In this document: in pieces, positions 16,622 to 26,802 of the stretch
Layout of the letters: the number at the start of each line of letters is the position of its first letter
How positions within the stretch are numbered: position 1 is the stretch's first letter
Assembly (NCBI GenBank): GCA_964440135.1
Contig: CAYTQQ010000014.1
Span: 1-45,393, forward strand
Direction: 5' to 3'
DNA: 45,393 bases
DNA from: an uncultured Cellvibrionaceae bacterium
Lineage (GTDB): Bacteria > Pseudomonadota > Gammaproteobacteria > Pseudomonadales > Cellvibrionaceae
The notes under the pieces: model-generated
What the model saw: the letters and a program-made list of their open reading frames with translations, nothing else
What the model was told of the DNA's origin: nothing
The model's database searches: none
Position numbers and translations under genes: made by a program

Positions 16622-18797
16622 AATAGCCTTCCTTCAGGGCATCATAGAGATTTGCTGCCATATGCAACTCTCCCTCGTACTCCACCATCTCATTGCCTTT
16701 TAGCTCCATCTTGGAGCCATCGGACAGCTCAAAACTATAGAGTGTATTTTCAAGATCCTGCTGTTTCACCAATACTCCCTGAAATGCTTCAGGGTTATAG
16801 CGAAACGTGGTGCACCCTTTCAGGCCCTTTTCGTAAGCGTACAAATAGATGTCTTTAAAATCCTCGTAGGGAATATCGGAGGGTACGTTAATGGTTTTGG
16901 AAATTGAAGAATCAATCCATTTCTGTGCGGCCGCCTGTACATCCACATGCTGCTCCGGGCTAATTTCATCACTCACCACAAAATATTCGGGAAACTCTGT
17001 GTTGTCGCCGTTTGGATGAACCTTGCTTTTATCGCCAGCCTGAGCATCCTTCAATGCGCGGTAGCGCAGAAGTTCATACGAAAAGACATTCACACTCTCC
17101 TTCGTTTTTCGACCCTCCCGAATAATGTTGCGTGAATAATGGTGAGCGAAACTGGGTTCGATACCATTACTCGCATTGTTTGCCATCGACAAGGAGATGG
17201 TTCCCGTGGGGGCAATGGAGCTGTGATGTGTGAACCGACACCCATGGGTGGCGATATCCTCGATCAATTGCGGATCTTCTTCCGCCAGCAAATTCATATA
17301 ACGGCTATGGCGAGCCAGCAGCACTTTACCCAACACTGCGTCACCTTCTTTGTACGCGTGAGACAGTGCGGGTCGCAAAGACAGTAAATTTGGCGTGAGC
17401 GTAAATTCCTCATTAAAGATTGGTGCGGCGCCCTTCTCCTTCGCCAGCTCGACACCCATTCGCCAGCCTGTCAGCGCCAATTCTTTGCTCACTTCCTCGG
17501 TAAACGCAATTGAAGCAGGGCTACCATAGACAATACGCAGCATAGCCATAGCGGATCCCAATCCCAAAAAGCCCATGCCGTGACGCCGCTTACGGATAAT
17601 TTCCTGTTGCTGCTCGGCCAAAGCTAAGCCATTAATCTCAACCACATTGTCGAGCATACGAGTAAAAATACCGACCAAACGTCGGAATTTTTCCCAAGCA
17701 AATGTTGCCCCTTCGCTGAAAGGGTGCTCAATAAACTGGGTTAAATTCACTGAGCCAAGCAAGCAGCTTCCGTATGGTGGCAAAGGTTGTTCACCACACG
17801 GATTAGTGGCTCGAATAGTTTCGCAAAACCAATTATTATTCCATTCATTAACTCGGTCGATCAGAATAAAACCGGGCTCGGCATAGTCATAGGTGGAGCG
17901 CATAATCTGCTCCCACAACTGCCGCGCTGGAATTCTCTTATAGATTTTACAAGCGACCTCGCCTACTGCATTGCGGCGATACTGTGTGGACAAATGATCC
18001 AGCCGACGCCATATAACCTGGCTTGCATCATCCAATGATAGAGCGGTTTGTTTTATCTCCTTATTCGTCAGGGGAAATGATAGAGGCCAATTTGCATCGC
18101 TTTTCACCGCTTGAATAAAATCGTCGGTGATCAGCAGGGAAAGATTGAACTGACGCAAGCGCCCATCTTCACGCTTCGCACGGATAAACTCGATGACATC
18201 CGGGTGGCAAATGTCGAAGGTCGCCATCTGCGCTCCACGTCTACCTCCGGCGGAGGAAATGGTAAAACACATCTTGTCGAAGATATCCATAAACGAAAGC
18301 GGACCGGATGTATTGGCGCCCGCCCCTGCAACATAAGCGCCCTTGGGACGCAACGTTGAAAACTCATAGCCGATGCCGCATCCGGCCTTGAGCGTCAGGC
18401 CGGCTTCCAGGTTTTTTTGCAGAATGCCGTGCATAGAATCTTCTATGGTGCCGGACACCGTGCAATTAATCGTGGATGTTGCAGGCTTCCAAGCTTGCGC
18501 CCCCGCATTGGATATGACTCGCCCGGCGGGAATCGCTCCATTTTCCAAGGCCCAAGTAAATTCCTTCTCCCAATGCGCTTTGCGCTTTGGTTCCACATCC
18601 GCCAAGGCTTTGGCGACACGGCACCAAGTGTCCCCAATGGTTTGATCGAGACACCGATCGCCATCCTTCAAACGATATTTTTTATCCCAAATGTCATAAG
18701 ATGCCGATTGCAAATTCATCATTTCAGCCAGCGCATCCATATTTCCAGGGTCTTTTGGGGTCATCGTGTTTACCTTTTTTGGGAATGCATGAGACAA
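16608..18797 (-). CDS. nrdJa: Adenosylcobalamin-dependent class II ribonucleotide reductase, NrdJa subunit
   Basis: PAGR, TINCTV, GGRRGAQM, ATNPCGEQPL (radical Cys), GSCLLGS, IAPTGT, SSISKTIN, KGCTTFR; start could be a downstream Met. Confidence 0.93.
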   Translation of the reverse strand: MSHAFPKKVNTMTPKDPGNMDALAEMMNLQSASYDIWDKKYRLKDGDRCLDQTIGDTWCRVAKALADVEPKRKAHWEKEFTWALENGAIPAGRVISNAGAQAWKPATSTINCTVSGTIEDSMHGILQKNLEAGLTLKAGCGIGYEFSTLRPKGAYVAGAGANTSGPLSFMDIFDKMCFTISSAGGRRGAQMATFDICHPDVIEFIRAKREDGRLRQFNLSLLITDDFIQAVKSDANWPLSFPLTNKEIKQTALSLDDASQVIWRRLDHLSTQYRRNAVGEVACKIYKRIPARQLWEQIMRSTYDYAEPGFILIDRVNEWNNNWFCETIRATNPCGEQPLPPYGSCLLGSVNLTQFIEHPFSEGATFAWEKFRRLVGIFTRMLDNVVEINGLALAEQQQEIIRKRRHGMGFLGLGSAMAMLRIVYGSPASIAFTEEVSKELALTGWRMGVELAKEKGAAPIFNEEFTLTPNLLSLRPALSHAYKEGDAVLGKVLLARHSRYMNLLAEEDPQLIEDIATHGCRFTHHSSIAPTGTISLSMANNASNGIEPSFAHHYSRNIIREGRKTKESVNVFSYELLRYRALKDAQAGDKSKVHPNGDNTEFPEYFVVSDEISPEQHVDVQAAAQKWIDSSISKTINVPSDIPYEDFKDIYLYAYEKGLKGCTTFRYNPEAFQGVLVKQQDLENTLYSFELSDGSKMELKGNEMVEYEGELHMAANLYDALKEGYYGKF

Positions 18798-18803
18798 CCG
18801 ATA

Positions 18804-19685
18804 TTATTCGTCGGCGAGTTGATAGATACCCGCCAAGCGATGCCAATAGCCATTGCAGTCGTGCTCCTCCAGGGTCATCGGAGTATCGTCGCAAGCGCGC
18901 TGCCGGAATTGTTCAAGCCACATAAATGTCCCCTCTTCTTGCGGACTAAGACGCACAATATCCACAAGACCGGTCATTTTTGACACTGAATTAATCAGAT
19001 TGTAGCGATAGCCGGATTGCGTCTGAGTGCCGTTGAGAACAAATAAGCGCTCACCGTTCTGACTATCCACTACTCGGCCCTGAGGGTAATTGATACAGCA
19101 CAAACCGCAATCATCTTTTCCGCGATTTTCTGAGCGTGCGGTGAAGCAACGTGCAGACCACGCAAGCGGCAAGTGACCAAAACCGAACACCTCTACCTCA
19201 AAGCAATCACGTATGTCCTCAATTTCCGGCTGCCGGAGCAAGGTATCCAGCCACTCCCGCGACAATTCCACCGGCATAAGCCAGCGCTGCATACCCATGG
19301 CCACTAAGCGGCGCAAGCTGTGGTGGTTGTAGCAATTAATGGCGGCACCCGTGGCAAACAGTAAGCCCTGTTCCTGCAAGAGTCCGATCGCACCAAAATC
19401 GTTGGCTTCAATCATAAATTCGCCGTTATCGCAATAGCGACGCAGCTCGCGAAGATCCGCAGGCGATTCCAGCAGTGTCATGGTCGACAACACGACTTCT
19501 TTACCGGCTTCGCGCAGTTGATGCGCAATGCGCAAATAATCTGCGAGGCGAAGCTCCCGCCGCTTGGCACAAACCGTTTCGCCCAGGTACACAATATCAA
19601 CGGATGACTCGGCCGCTTCCTTATAAAACGCCTCTACTTTTTGCTGCGGCCAAAAATAGAGTATTGGCCCTAAGGAAAATTTCAT
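18804..19685 (-). CDS. ubiV: O2-independent ubiquinone biosynthesis protein UbiV (U32 family)
   Basis: MKFSLGPILYFWP, VYLGETVCAKRR, SARCFTAR...CGLCC. Confidence 0.92.
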   Translation of the reverse strand: MKFSLGPILYFWPQQKVEAFYKEAAESSVDIVYLGETVCAKRRELRLADYLRIAHQLREAGKEVVLSTMTLLESPADLRELRRYCDNGEFMIEANDFGAIGLLQEQGLLFATGAAINCYNHHSLRRLVAMGMQRWLMPVELSREWLDTLLRQPEIEDIRDCFEVEVFGFGHLPLAWSARCFTARSENRGKDDCGLCCINYPQGRVVDSQNGERLFVLNGTQTQSGYRYNLINSVSKMTGLVDIVRLSPQEEGTFMWLEQFRQRACDDTPMTLEEHDCNGYWHRLAGIYQLADE

Positions 19686-19740
19686 TGTCTCGCTACCCCA
19701 AATAATGGATTTTGGACTATCTCAAGCGATGGATTTGGGA

Positions 19741-20736
19741 TTAGCGCCAGTGCCGGTGATAGGCGCCTAAGGTGGTTTGGCTCCCTTCAGAAAGCTGTGC
19801 TAATGCTTCGTTCCATTCATCATCTGCGACATAGACTTCGGGATTTGCTAACAAGCGATCAATAGCGGCACGCCAAATTTTAGTGATCTGCGCAACATAG
19901 GCTGGGCTGCGTTGCCTGCCTTCAATTTTCACGGCTTTAATTCCGGCGCGGTGCAAGCTTGGCAATAGGTTTAAAGTATTAAGGCTGGTGGGCTCCTCCA
20001 GCACATGATAGCGCTGACCATCGACTACAAAGCGCCCTTTACACAAAGTTGGATAGCCGGCATTTTCGTCGGCGTCGAAACGGTCGATTAAATAATAGTT
20101 GAGGCGTGACTCCAGCTTCCCATCGCGCTCTTCCCAGCGCACGAATTTTGCGGGTGAGCAAACGCCTGAATTATTGGGCGACTCTCCGGTCATGTAGGAG
20201 CTTAAATAGCATCGGCCTTCCGCCATTATGCACAGACTTCCGAAGGCGAATACTTCGAGGTCGGTATTGCATGCATGGGCCAAATCCGCAACTTGCTGCA
20301 TCGATAAAACCCGCGGCAATACAACGCGATCGACCTGATACAGCCGCTGATAAAAATCAATCGCGGCCGCATTAGTGGCGGAGGCTTGTACCGACAAGTG
20401 CCGCTCAACTTCCGGGTAGCGCTCGGCGGCGTAACCTAGCAACGCTATGTCCGCGAGAATCAACACATCCGCGCCGGCACGCACCGCATTGTCTACCGCA
20501 GATTGCCAGCGACAATATTGATCGGGATGCGCAAAGGTATTGATCGCCACATGCAATCGCCGCTGGTGACGGTGCACATAAGTCGCTGCCTGGTGTAGCT
20601 CTTCAGTGGTAAAATTAAGGCCAGAAAAATGCCGCGCATTGGTTTCGTCACGCAATCCTACATAGACTGCATCAGCACCTTTTTCCAGAGCAACCTTCAG
20701 CGCTGGCATACTACCTGCGGGACATAGGAGTTCCAT
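19741..20736 (-). CDS. ubiU: O2-independent ubiquinone biosynthesis protein UbiU (U32 family)
   Basis: MELLCPAG, TNARHF, GSLCIMAEGRCYLSSY, YPTLCKGRF, KIEGRQRSPAYV. Confidence 0.94.
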   Translation of the reverse strand: MELLCPAGSMPALKVALEKGADAVYVGLRDETNARHFSGLNFTTEELHQAATYVHRHQRRLHVAINTFAHPDQYCRWQSAVDNAVRAGADVLILADIALLGYAAERYPEVERHLSVQASATNAAAIDFYQRLYQVDRVVLPRVLSMQQVADLAHACNTDLEVFAFGSLCIMAEGRCYLSSYMTGESPNNSGVCSPAKFVRWEERDGKLESRLNYYLIDRFDADENAGYPTLCKGRFVVDGQRYHVLEEPTSLNTLNLLPSLHRAGIKAVKIEGRQRSPAYVAQITKIWRAAIDRLLANPEVYVADDEWNEALAQLSEGSQTTLGAYHRHWR

Positions 20737-20810
20737 ATCATTACCTAAAAATTGCGTTACGAGATAGTGTGCTGCTCTGTTAGTATAAAATTTTTATCGC
20801 GGAGGTACGC

Positions 20811-21329
20811 ATGTTGTTTGAACGCAAAAGGGTTACCCAAAAAGTAGTAATTGGACTCCCTCGGGTGGGAAGCTTTTTTGTTAGGCATACACCCTCCCCC
20901 CTTTTGAAAGCATCGTTGGAGCGTGGATTAAATACGGCCTTTCGAAGTCTGAAATTACGCAAGGAGATGAGCTTTATTAAAAAGCACTGCATCCTCATTC
21001 AGGTAACCGATATCGATTTGTGCTTTTCTGTCGGTTTCGACAAGAATTGTTTTACGGTTACTGTGCCAAGTTATACCGGGGATGTCACCGTGAGTGCCGA
21101 AATGGGCGATTTTATTGCGCTGATAAGCGGCAAAGAGGATCCGGACACGTTGTTTTTTCGACGTCGCTTGCGCATGACGGGCGATACAGAACTGGGACTT
21201 GGCTTGAAAAATTTTTTGGATCGCGTCGAGATCGACACGATTTTTCCATCGTTTGTTTGTCGCGGCTTAGTGGAAGTGGCCGAAGGCTTTATGGAAGGCC
21301 GGAGCAGTCGAAAAACAGCGGCAGAATAA
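20811..21329 (+). CDS. ubiT: SCP2-domain ubiquinone biosynthesis accessory factor UbiT
   Basis: EDPDTLFFRRRLRMTGDTELGLGLKNFLD; divergent from ubiU. Confidence 0.88.
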   Translation: MLFERKRVTQKVVIGLPRVGSFFVRHTPSPLLKASLERGLNTAFRSLKLRKEMSFIKKHCILIQVTDIDLCFSVGFDKNCFTVTVPSYTGDVTVSAEMGDFIALISGKEDPDTLFFRRRLRMTGDTELGLGLKNFLDRVEIDTIFPSFVCRGLVEVAEGFMEGRSSRKTAAE

Positions 21330-21360
21330 TGCGCGGTTGCGCACTATTCTCGCAGCATAC

Positions 21361-22779
21361 TCAAATAAGCTTTGAATAGCGGATCTGATTGCCCTTCTTC
21401 AAGTACTCATCAAAGACCATACAAATTCTACGGATGAGCAGCCGCCCCGCATTATGTACCTGAATGCCCGTGGCGTTTATTGTCAGCAATCCGTCCTCCA
21501 TCATTGGCGCCAGCTCGGCCAGCTCATCGGCGAAATATTGCAGAGGCTCAATCTGGAACTGCGTTTTAATATCATTAAAGTCCAGGCAAAATTGGCAGAT
21601 CAGTTGGTTGATGATGGCTTGGCGCAAATGATCTTCATTGCTTAAAGTAAAGCCTTTTACATACGCCAGTTTGTCGCTGTCAATTAGCGTCTGATAGCCC
21701 TCGACATGCTTGTTATTTTGTACATAAACGCCACCAAACGCACTGATAGAAGACACGCCGAACGACACAAGATCACAATCGCCGTGAGTTGAATACCCTT
21801 GAAAATTGCGCTGTAGATTGCCCGCCCGCTGTGCCTGAACCAAACTGTCACCCGGCTTGGCAAAATGATCCATACCCACATAAACATAGCCAGCATTCTG
21901 CAAGGTCTCAATTGACATCTGCAGTATGTCGAGCTTTTCCTGCGGTGATGGCAAATCGGTCTCGTTGATCAGTTTCTGGCTTTTGAACAAATGCGGTAAA
22001 TGCGCGTAATTAAACAGCGACAATCGATCCGGCGAAAGATCAATGACGTGCGCCAGGGTTGTCGCAAAACTCTGCCGTGATTGCAAGGGCAAGCCGTAAA
22101 TCAAATCCATACTAATAGAGCGGTAATCTTGTGTCCGCAAGGCATCGACCAAGGACTGCACTTCTTCGACAGTATTGTAGCGATTCACTGCTTTTTGGAC
22201 GTGCGGGTCAAAATCCTGAACACCCATGCTCACCCGGTTAAATCCCAATTGGCGCAAGTGGCCCATAGTATGGGCGCTGACTCGCCCTGGGTGAACCTCG
22301 ACACTGTATTCACCGGTGTCATCATCCAAAAGGCCAAAGTGTTCGCGGGTGGCGGACATTAGCCAGGTCATTTCATCGTCGCTAATAAACGTCGGAGTGC
22401 CGCCGCCCCAATGTAATTGTTTGACCAAGCGACCCGTATCAAACCATTTGGCCTGCACCGCAAGTTCTCGCTCAACGCGTTGCAAGTATGGCTCGGCACG
22501 CTTTTTATTATTGGTTACGACTTTGTTACAGCCACAATAAAAACACAAGGTGTCGCAGAACGGCAGGTGAAAGTACAGTGATAGCGGTCGCTGGCTTGCA
22601 TTGCTGCGCTCCACCGCCGCAGCAAAATCGGCGGCAGAAAATTGCTCGCTGAATTGTGGCGCCGTTGGATAAGAGGTGTAACGTGGGCCGGCCAAATCGT
22701 ACTGGCTAATAAGTTGCGCATCCCATTGCAAGGGCGCGCCAAAAGACGGATGAAATGATGACATAGCGTCGAACACCAA
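21361..22779 (-). CDS. hemN: Oxygen-independent coproporphyrinogen III oxidase
   Basis: GPRYTSYPTA, HLPFCDTLCFYCGC, HWGGGTPT, GMDHFA, RNFQGYS; alternative start ATG 22764. Confidence 0.96.
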   Translation of the reverse strand: MVFDAMSSFHPSFGAPLQWDAQLISQYDLAGPRYTSYPTAPQFSEQFSAADFAAAVERSNASQRPLSLYFHLPFCDTLCFYCGCNKVVTNNKKRAEPYLQRVERELAVQAKWFDTGRLVKQLHWGGGTPTFISDDEMTWLMSATREHFGLLDDDTGEYSVEVHPGRVSAHTMGHLRQLGFNRVSMGVQDFDPHVQKAVNRYNTVEEVQSLVDALRTQDYRSISMDLIYGLPLQSRQSFATTLAHVIDLSPDRLSLFNYAHLPHLFKSQKLINETDLPSPQEKLDILQMSIETLQNAGYVYVGMDHFAKPGDSLVQAQRAGNLQRNFQGYSTHGDCDLVSFGVSSISAFGGVYVQNNKHVEGYQTLIDSDKLAYVKGFTLSNEDHLRQAIINQLICQFCLDFNDIKTQFQIEPLQYFADELAELAPMMEDGLLTINATGIQVHNAGRLLIRRICMVFDEYLKKGNQIRYSKLI

Positions 22780-22824
22780 ACATAAAAGTGTATGGATACA
22801 GTAACGGATCGATCATTCTACCTG

Positions 22825-22838
22825 TTGACCTGCATCAA
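22825..22838. promoter_or_regulatory. FNR/Anr box upstream of hemN
   Basis: TTGAC-CTGC-ATCAA, one mismatch to consensus. Confidence 0.75.
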
Positions 22839-22867
22839 CTTACCGAGCGACTTACCGAACGGTTGCA

Positions 22868-23734
22868 TCACTGCATCAAGGGCGAGCTGGATACATCAAA
22901 TTTATAGCCTTCAATATCGGCTTGGGCAATTAATGTATGAATATATTGGGCAAGCGCTTTAGTGCGAACCCGCTCATTTAGGTAGTCTGCTATACGTTTT
23001 TTGGCATCATGATAAGGCAGTTGAACCCCGGGAATATTGCGCTCGATCCATACCACGTGGATGCCGTAGCGGCTCTCAATGGGGTGGCCCAATAATCCAG
23101 GGCCGGCGGCAAAAATGTGTCGCTCGAATTCCGTTACCGTTTGTCCACGACTAACTTGACCGAGATTGCCACCCATTTCTCGCGACGGACACGCGGACTC
23201 CTGTTGGGCGAGCTTGGCAAAATCGGCGCCGGACTCGATCGCTGTAATAAGTTGCTGTGCGCGCAATTTTGTCGCAATGCGCGCTTCGTCATCATCCGGG
23301 GCGGCGGCGAGCAGGATATGACGCAGCTCCAATAACGGTGAAGTCATAAACCGTTTCATATTGGCTTGATAATACTGCGCGCACTCCGAGTCCGTCGCTT
23401 CCGGCATGACCACTTCTAGGGCCAATAGAGCATCGAGCATCTCATCATCAGAGTCCCCAGGGCGAACCAAATTCAAGGCGGCTGCGCGCTGACCAAGCAA
23501 TTCACCGATAATTAAGGCTTCTGCGGCCTTAAAGATAGCTTCGCGCTGTGTTGGCGCTGGATGATACTGCACTTCAGCGGCAATTTTCTCAGCGGAGATC
23601 TGCTGCTGATTAACCCGTATCGCTGTCACACTTTGGTGGGTATCGGCGATGTGGGTATCGCTGTGAATAATGTCCAAGGCGGAATTTATTTGCTCATGCA
23701 AACCCTGGGCTGGTGAATGATGTTGTATGGTCAT
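22868..23734 (-). CDS. PpiC-type peptidyl-prolyl isomerase (NifM-like, nar-associated)
   Basis: RHILL, FAKLAQQESACPS..GGNLG, ESRYGIHV; immediately follows narI, as in Pseudomonas nar operons. Confidence 0.88.
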   Translation of the reverse strand: MTIQHHSPAQGLHEQINSALDIIHSDTHIADTHQSVTAIRVNQQQISAEKIAAEVQYHPAPTQREAIFKAAEALIIGELLGQRAAALNLVRPGDSDDEMLDALLALEVVMPEATDSECAQYYQANMKRFMTSPLLELRHILLAAAPDDDEARIATKLRAQQLITAIESGADFAKLAQQESACPSREMGGNLGQVSRGQTVTEFERHIFAAGPGLLGHPIESRYGIHVVWIERNIPGVQLPYHDAKKRIADYLNERVRTKALAQYIHTLIAQADIEGYKFDVSSSPLMQ

Positions 23735-24423
23735 CAGATAGTCCCCCGGCGGCGCACAACTTGATAGTTTCGGCCAAAATATTGAATCGGAACACTGAAT
23801 ATATGCACCAATCGGCTGAATGGAACCACAACAAATAATGTCATGCCTAAAAAAATATGGGCTTTAAAAATCCAATGAACATCTTGAATAGCCGCTGCCG
23901 CTACCGCGCCACGAAACGTCACAATTCCCTGTGCCCACGCCATCAGTCTGAGCATTTCTTGGCCATCCAAATGACCGAGCGAAATAAATATGGAACTTAA
24001 ACCCAGAAGCAATTGAGCGAGCAATAACAGCAACACGGCAATATCCATAGTGCTGCTGCTGGCGCGCACACGCACATTCGTCAAGCGTCGATGGGTCAGA
24101 ATGACCAAACCGTACAGGCATAACAAGCCAAATAAACCCCCCGCCACAATAGCCAGTATTTGCTTCACTGCAGGTGTAATACCCAACACATGCCATACCG
24201 CTGCCGGTGTCAGCAACCCTACAAAATGGCCGAACAAAATGCCCAGAATACCTATATGAAAAGGAATGCTGCCACGGCGCAGCTGCTTCTTTTCCAGTAA
24301 TTGGCTGGAGCTGGCCTTCCAGGAATATTGTTCGCGGTCATACCGAACCCAGGTTCCGATAAAACAGACCGCCAGAGCAAGATAAGGGTAAATACCGAAT
24401 GCAAAAAAATGACTATTCGACAT
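23734..24423 (-). CDS. narI: Respiratory nitrate reductase gamma subunit
   Basis: YPYLA, RYDREQYSWKASSSQLL, FHIGI..GH, KAHIFLG, PFSRLVH. Confidence 0.96.
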   Translation of the reverse strand: MSNSHFFAFGIYPYLALAVCFIGTWVRYDREQYSWKASSSQLLEKKQLRRGSIPFHIGILGILFGHFVGLLTPAAVWHVLGITPAVKQILAIVAGGLFGLLCLYGLVILTHRRLTNVRVRASSSTMDIAVLLLLLAQLLLGLSSIFISLGHLDGQEMLRLMAWAQGIVTFRGAVAAAAIQDVHWIFKAHIFLGMTLFVVVPFSRLVHIFSVPIQYFGRNYQVVRRRGTI

Positions 24424-24510
24424 GATGATTCCTTAAGGTGCAGGTGCAAAATTGCGACACACAACACCATTGGTTAGGGGATGCTATTCCAGAGGTGCAG
24501 ACATAACCGC

Positions 24511-25263
24511 TTAGGAGCGGATGCCATGCGGATACGTCGCCTTAGAGGCGGATTCGGTGTCGACAAGCCCACCGAAATTGAGCACCTCTTCGTGATCTCG
24601 ACTCTGCCCGGGGGCCGGCCGATCGGTAGCGGTTGGGCAGGCGTCGCCGGTGCTTTGAGCACTAAAGGTTACCGCCTCCTCCTCCCAGACTTTATCCAGC
24701 GCCGCGGGCGTATCATCGCGTTTTTCGTGTTGAATCTGCCGGCGCAGATCAGCCAGATCAATACTGGCTCCAGACAGCTGCAATAGCGCTGCCAGAACAG
24801 ACGTATAATCATTGTCTCGATCCTCCAACCGACATAGCAGTAACGCTAATATATGCGCGATTTCTTGCAGTCCTAAGCGGGCATTTTCCTCACCCTGTGT
24901 CGATAAAAACTCCAGGTACAACGGAATGTAATCCGGTAATTCTTTAGCGCTCAGCTGCAAGCCAGCGGCCTTGTACTGTTGCAGCAAGTCGACCATGGCT
25001 TGGCCACGATCGCGCGATTCACCATGGATGTGTTCAAAAATCAGCAGGGACAATGAGCGGCCCCGCTCAAAAAGGCTATCGTATTCCGCTTGCCATATCA
25101 GCAGATCTTTTGTGCAGCGCCGGTAAATAAATTCCATCAGCGGCTCGCGCACCGTGGTGGCCAGCGGCAATGTCATAACCTGTTCGAGCAAAGCGGTTTG
25201 ATTTCGATGCACGTCTTCCGTTGGATAGTCGAGCAACAAAGAAAACACTCGTAATAATTTCAT
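24511..25263 (-). CDS. narJ: Nitrate reductase molybdenum cofactor assembly chaperone
   Basis: LLDYP, FEHIHGESRDRGQAMVDL, ELPDYIPLYLEF. Confidence 0.95.
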   Translation of the reverse strand: MKLLRVFSLLLDYPTEDVHRNQTALLEQVMTLPLATTVREPLMEFIYRRCTKDLLIWQAEYDSLFERGRSLSLLIFEHIHGESRDRGQAMVDLLQQYKAAGLQLSAKELPDYIPLYLEFLSTQGEENARLGLQEIAHILALLLCRLEDRDNDYTSVLAALLQLSGASIDLADLRRQIQHEKRDDTPAALDKVWEEEAVTFSAQSTGDACPTATDRPAPGQSRDHEEVLNFGGLVDTESASKATYPHGIRS

Positions 25264-25266
25264 TGA

Positions 25267-26799
25267 TTACTCCTTATGGATGGCGGGTACAACCTGCCGT
25301 ACCGCAGTTGATTTTCCACCAAATAGATTCACATCATTATTGCCGTCGCTGCAGCCGTTACCAAAACTAAAGCCACAACCCCCTTTAAGGTCATAAGCCT
25401 CCTCTGCATATGTCCGGTGGCTGGTGGGAATAACAAAGCGGTCTTCATAATTGGCGAGGGCCATATAACGATACATATCTTCCACCTGAGCAACGCTCAG
25501 GCCGACCTGCTCCAATACGGCCAGATCCTCCACGCCATCGACGTGCTGTGCGCGTTTAAATGCGCGCATGGCAATCATTTTTTCCAGCGCTTCGATCACC
25601 GGCTTCTCCTCACCGGCGGTCAGCAAATTGGCGAGGTAGCGCACCGGAATGCGCAAAGATTGCAAGTCGGGAATTTCGCCATTCATGCCCACGTGGCCCG
25701 CTTGCACCGCACTTTGGATCGGCGATAGTGGCGGCACATACCAGACCATCGGCAAAGTGCGATATTCCGGATGCAACGGCAGTGCGATTTTCCAATCAAT
25801 TGCCATTTTGTAAGTCGGTGAATTTTGCGCAGCCGTAATCCACGATTCCGGAATACCTTCTGCCTGAGCCGCCGCAATCACGCCCGGATCGTGGGGATCA
25901 AGAAAGATATCCAGCTGCGCACGATAGAGATCCGCCTCATTAGGCACGCTGGCGGCTTCTTGTATGCGGTCCGCGTCATACAACAAAACACCCAAATAGC
26001 GAATGCGGCCGACACAAGTTTCCGAGCACACCGTGGGTTGCCCGGCTTCAATACGCGGATAACAAAACGTACACTTTTCTGATTTGCCACTTTTCCAGTT
26101 GTAATAGATCTTTTTGTAGGGGCACGCGGAAACACACATGCGCCAACCGCGACACTTGTCCTGATCGATTAATACAACGCCATCTTCCTCGCGTTTATAG
26201 ATGGCGCCGGATGGACATGCGGCAACGCAGGTGGGATTGAGGCAGTGTTCGCACAGGCGCGGCAAGTACATCATAAAAGTCTGTTCAAACTGACCGTAGA
26301 TATCCGCCTGAACATTGTCGAAGTTTTTATCTTTGCGACGTTTTTCAAATTCGGTACCAAGAATTTCCTCCCAGTTTGGCCCCCACTCGATCTTTTCCAT
26401 ACGCTTACCGCTAATCAGCGAACGTGGGCGCGCCACGGGCTGGTGCTTTTGGGCACCAGCGGTGTGCAAATGTTGGTAATCGAAATCGAAGGGTTCGTAA
26501 TAGTCGTCTATTTCTGGCAAATCTGGGTTGGCAAAAATATTGGCAAGCACGCGCATTTTTCCACCGATGCGCGGCTGCAACTTTCCGTTGCTTGTTAGCC
26601 GCCATCCGCCATTCCATTTATCCTGATTTTCCCACTCTTTCGGATAACCAATACCGGGCTTGGTTTCCACATTGTTGAACCACGCATATTCAACCCCTTC
26701 GCGAGAGGTCCAAACGTTCTTGCAGGTGATTGAACAGGTATGACAGCCGATGCATTTGTCCAGGTTCAGGACCATGCCGATTTGGGCTCTGACTTTCAT
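25267..26799 (-). CDS. narH: Respiratory nitrate reductase beta subunit
   Basis: LNLDKCIGCHTCSITCKNVW, CEHCLNPTC, CRGWRMCVSACPYKK. Confidence 0.98.
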   Translation of the reverse strand: MKVRAQIGMVLNLDKCIGCHTCSITCKNVWTSREGVEYAWFNNVETKPGIGYPKEWENQDKWNGGWRLTSNGKLQPRIGGKMRVLANIFANPDLPEIDDYYEPFDFDYQHLHTAGAQKHQPVARPRSLISGKRMEKIEWGPNWEEILGTEFEKRRKDKNFDNVQADIYGQFEQTFMMYLPRLCEHCLNPTCVAACPSGAIYKREEDGVVLIDQDKCRGWRMCVSACPYKKIYYNWKSGKSEKCTFCYPRIEAGQPTVCSETCVGRIRYLGVLLYDADRIQEAASVPNEADLYRAQLDIFLDPHDPGVIAAAQAEGIPESWITAAQNSPTYKMAIDWKIALPLHPEYRTLPMVWYVPPLSPIQSAVQAGHVGMNGEIPDLQSLRIPVRYLANLLTAGEEKPVIEALEKMIAMRAFKRAQHVDGVEDLAVLEQVGLSVAQVEDMYRYMALANYEDRFVIPTSHRTYAEEAYDLKGGCGFSFGNGCSDGNNDVNLFGGKSTAVRQVVPAIHKE

Positions 26800-26802
26800 G
26801 GG

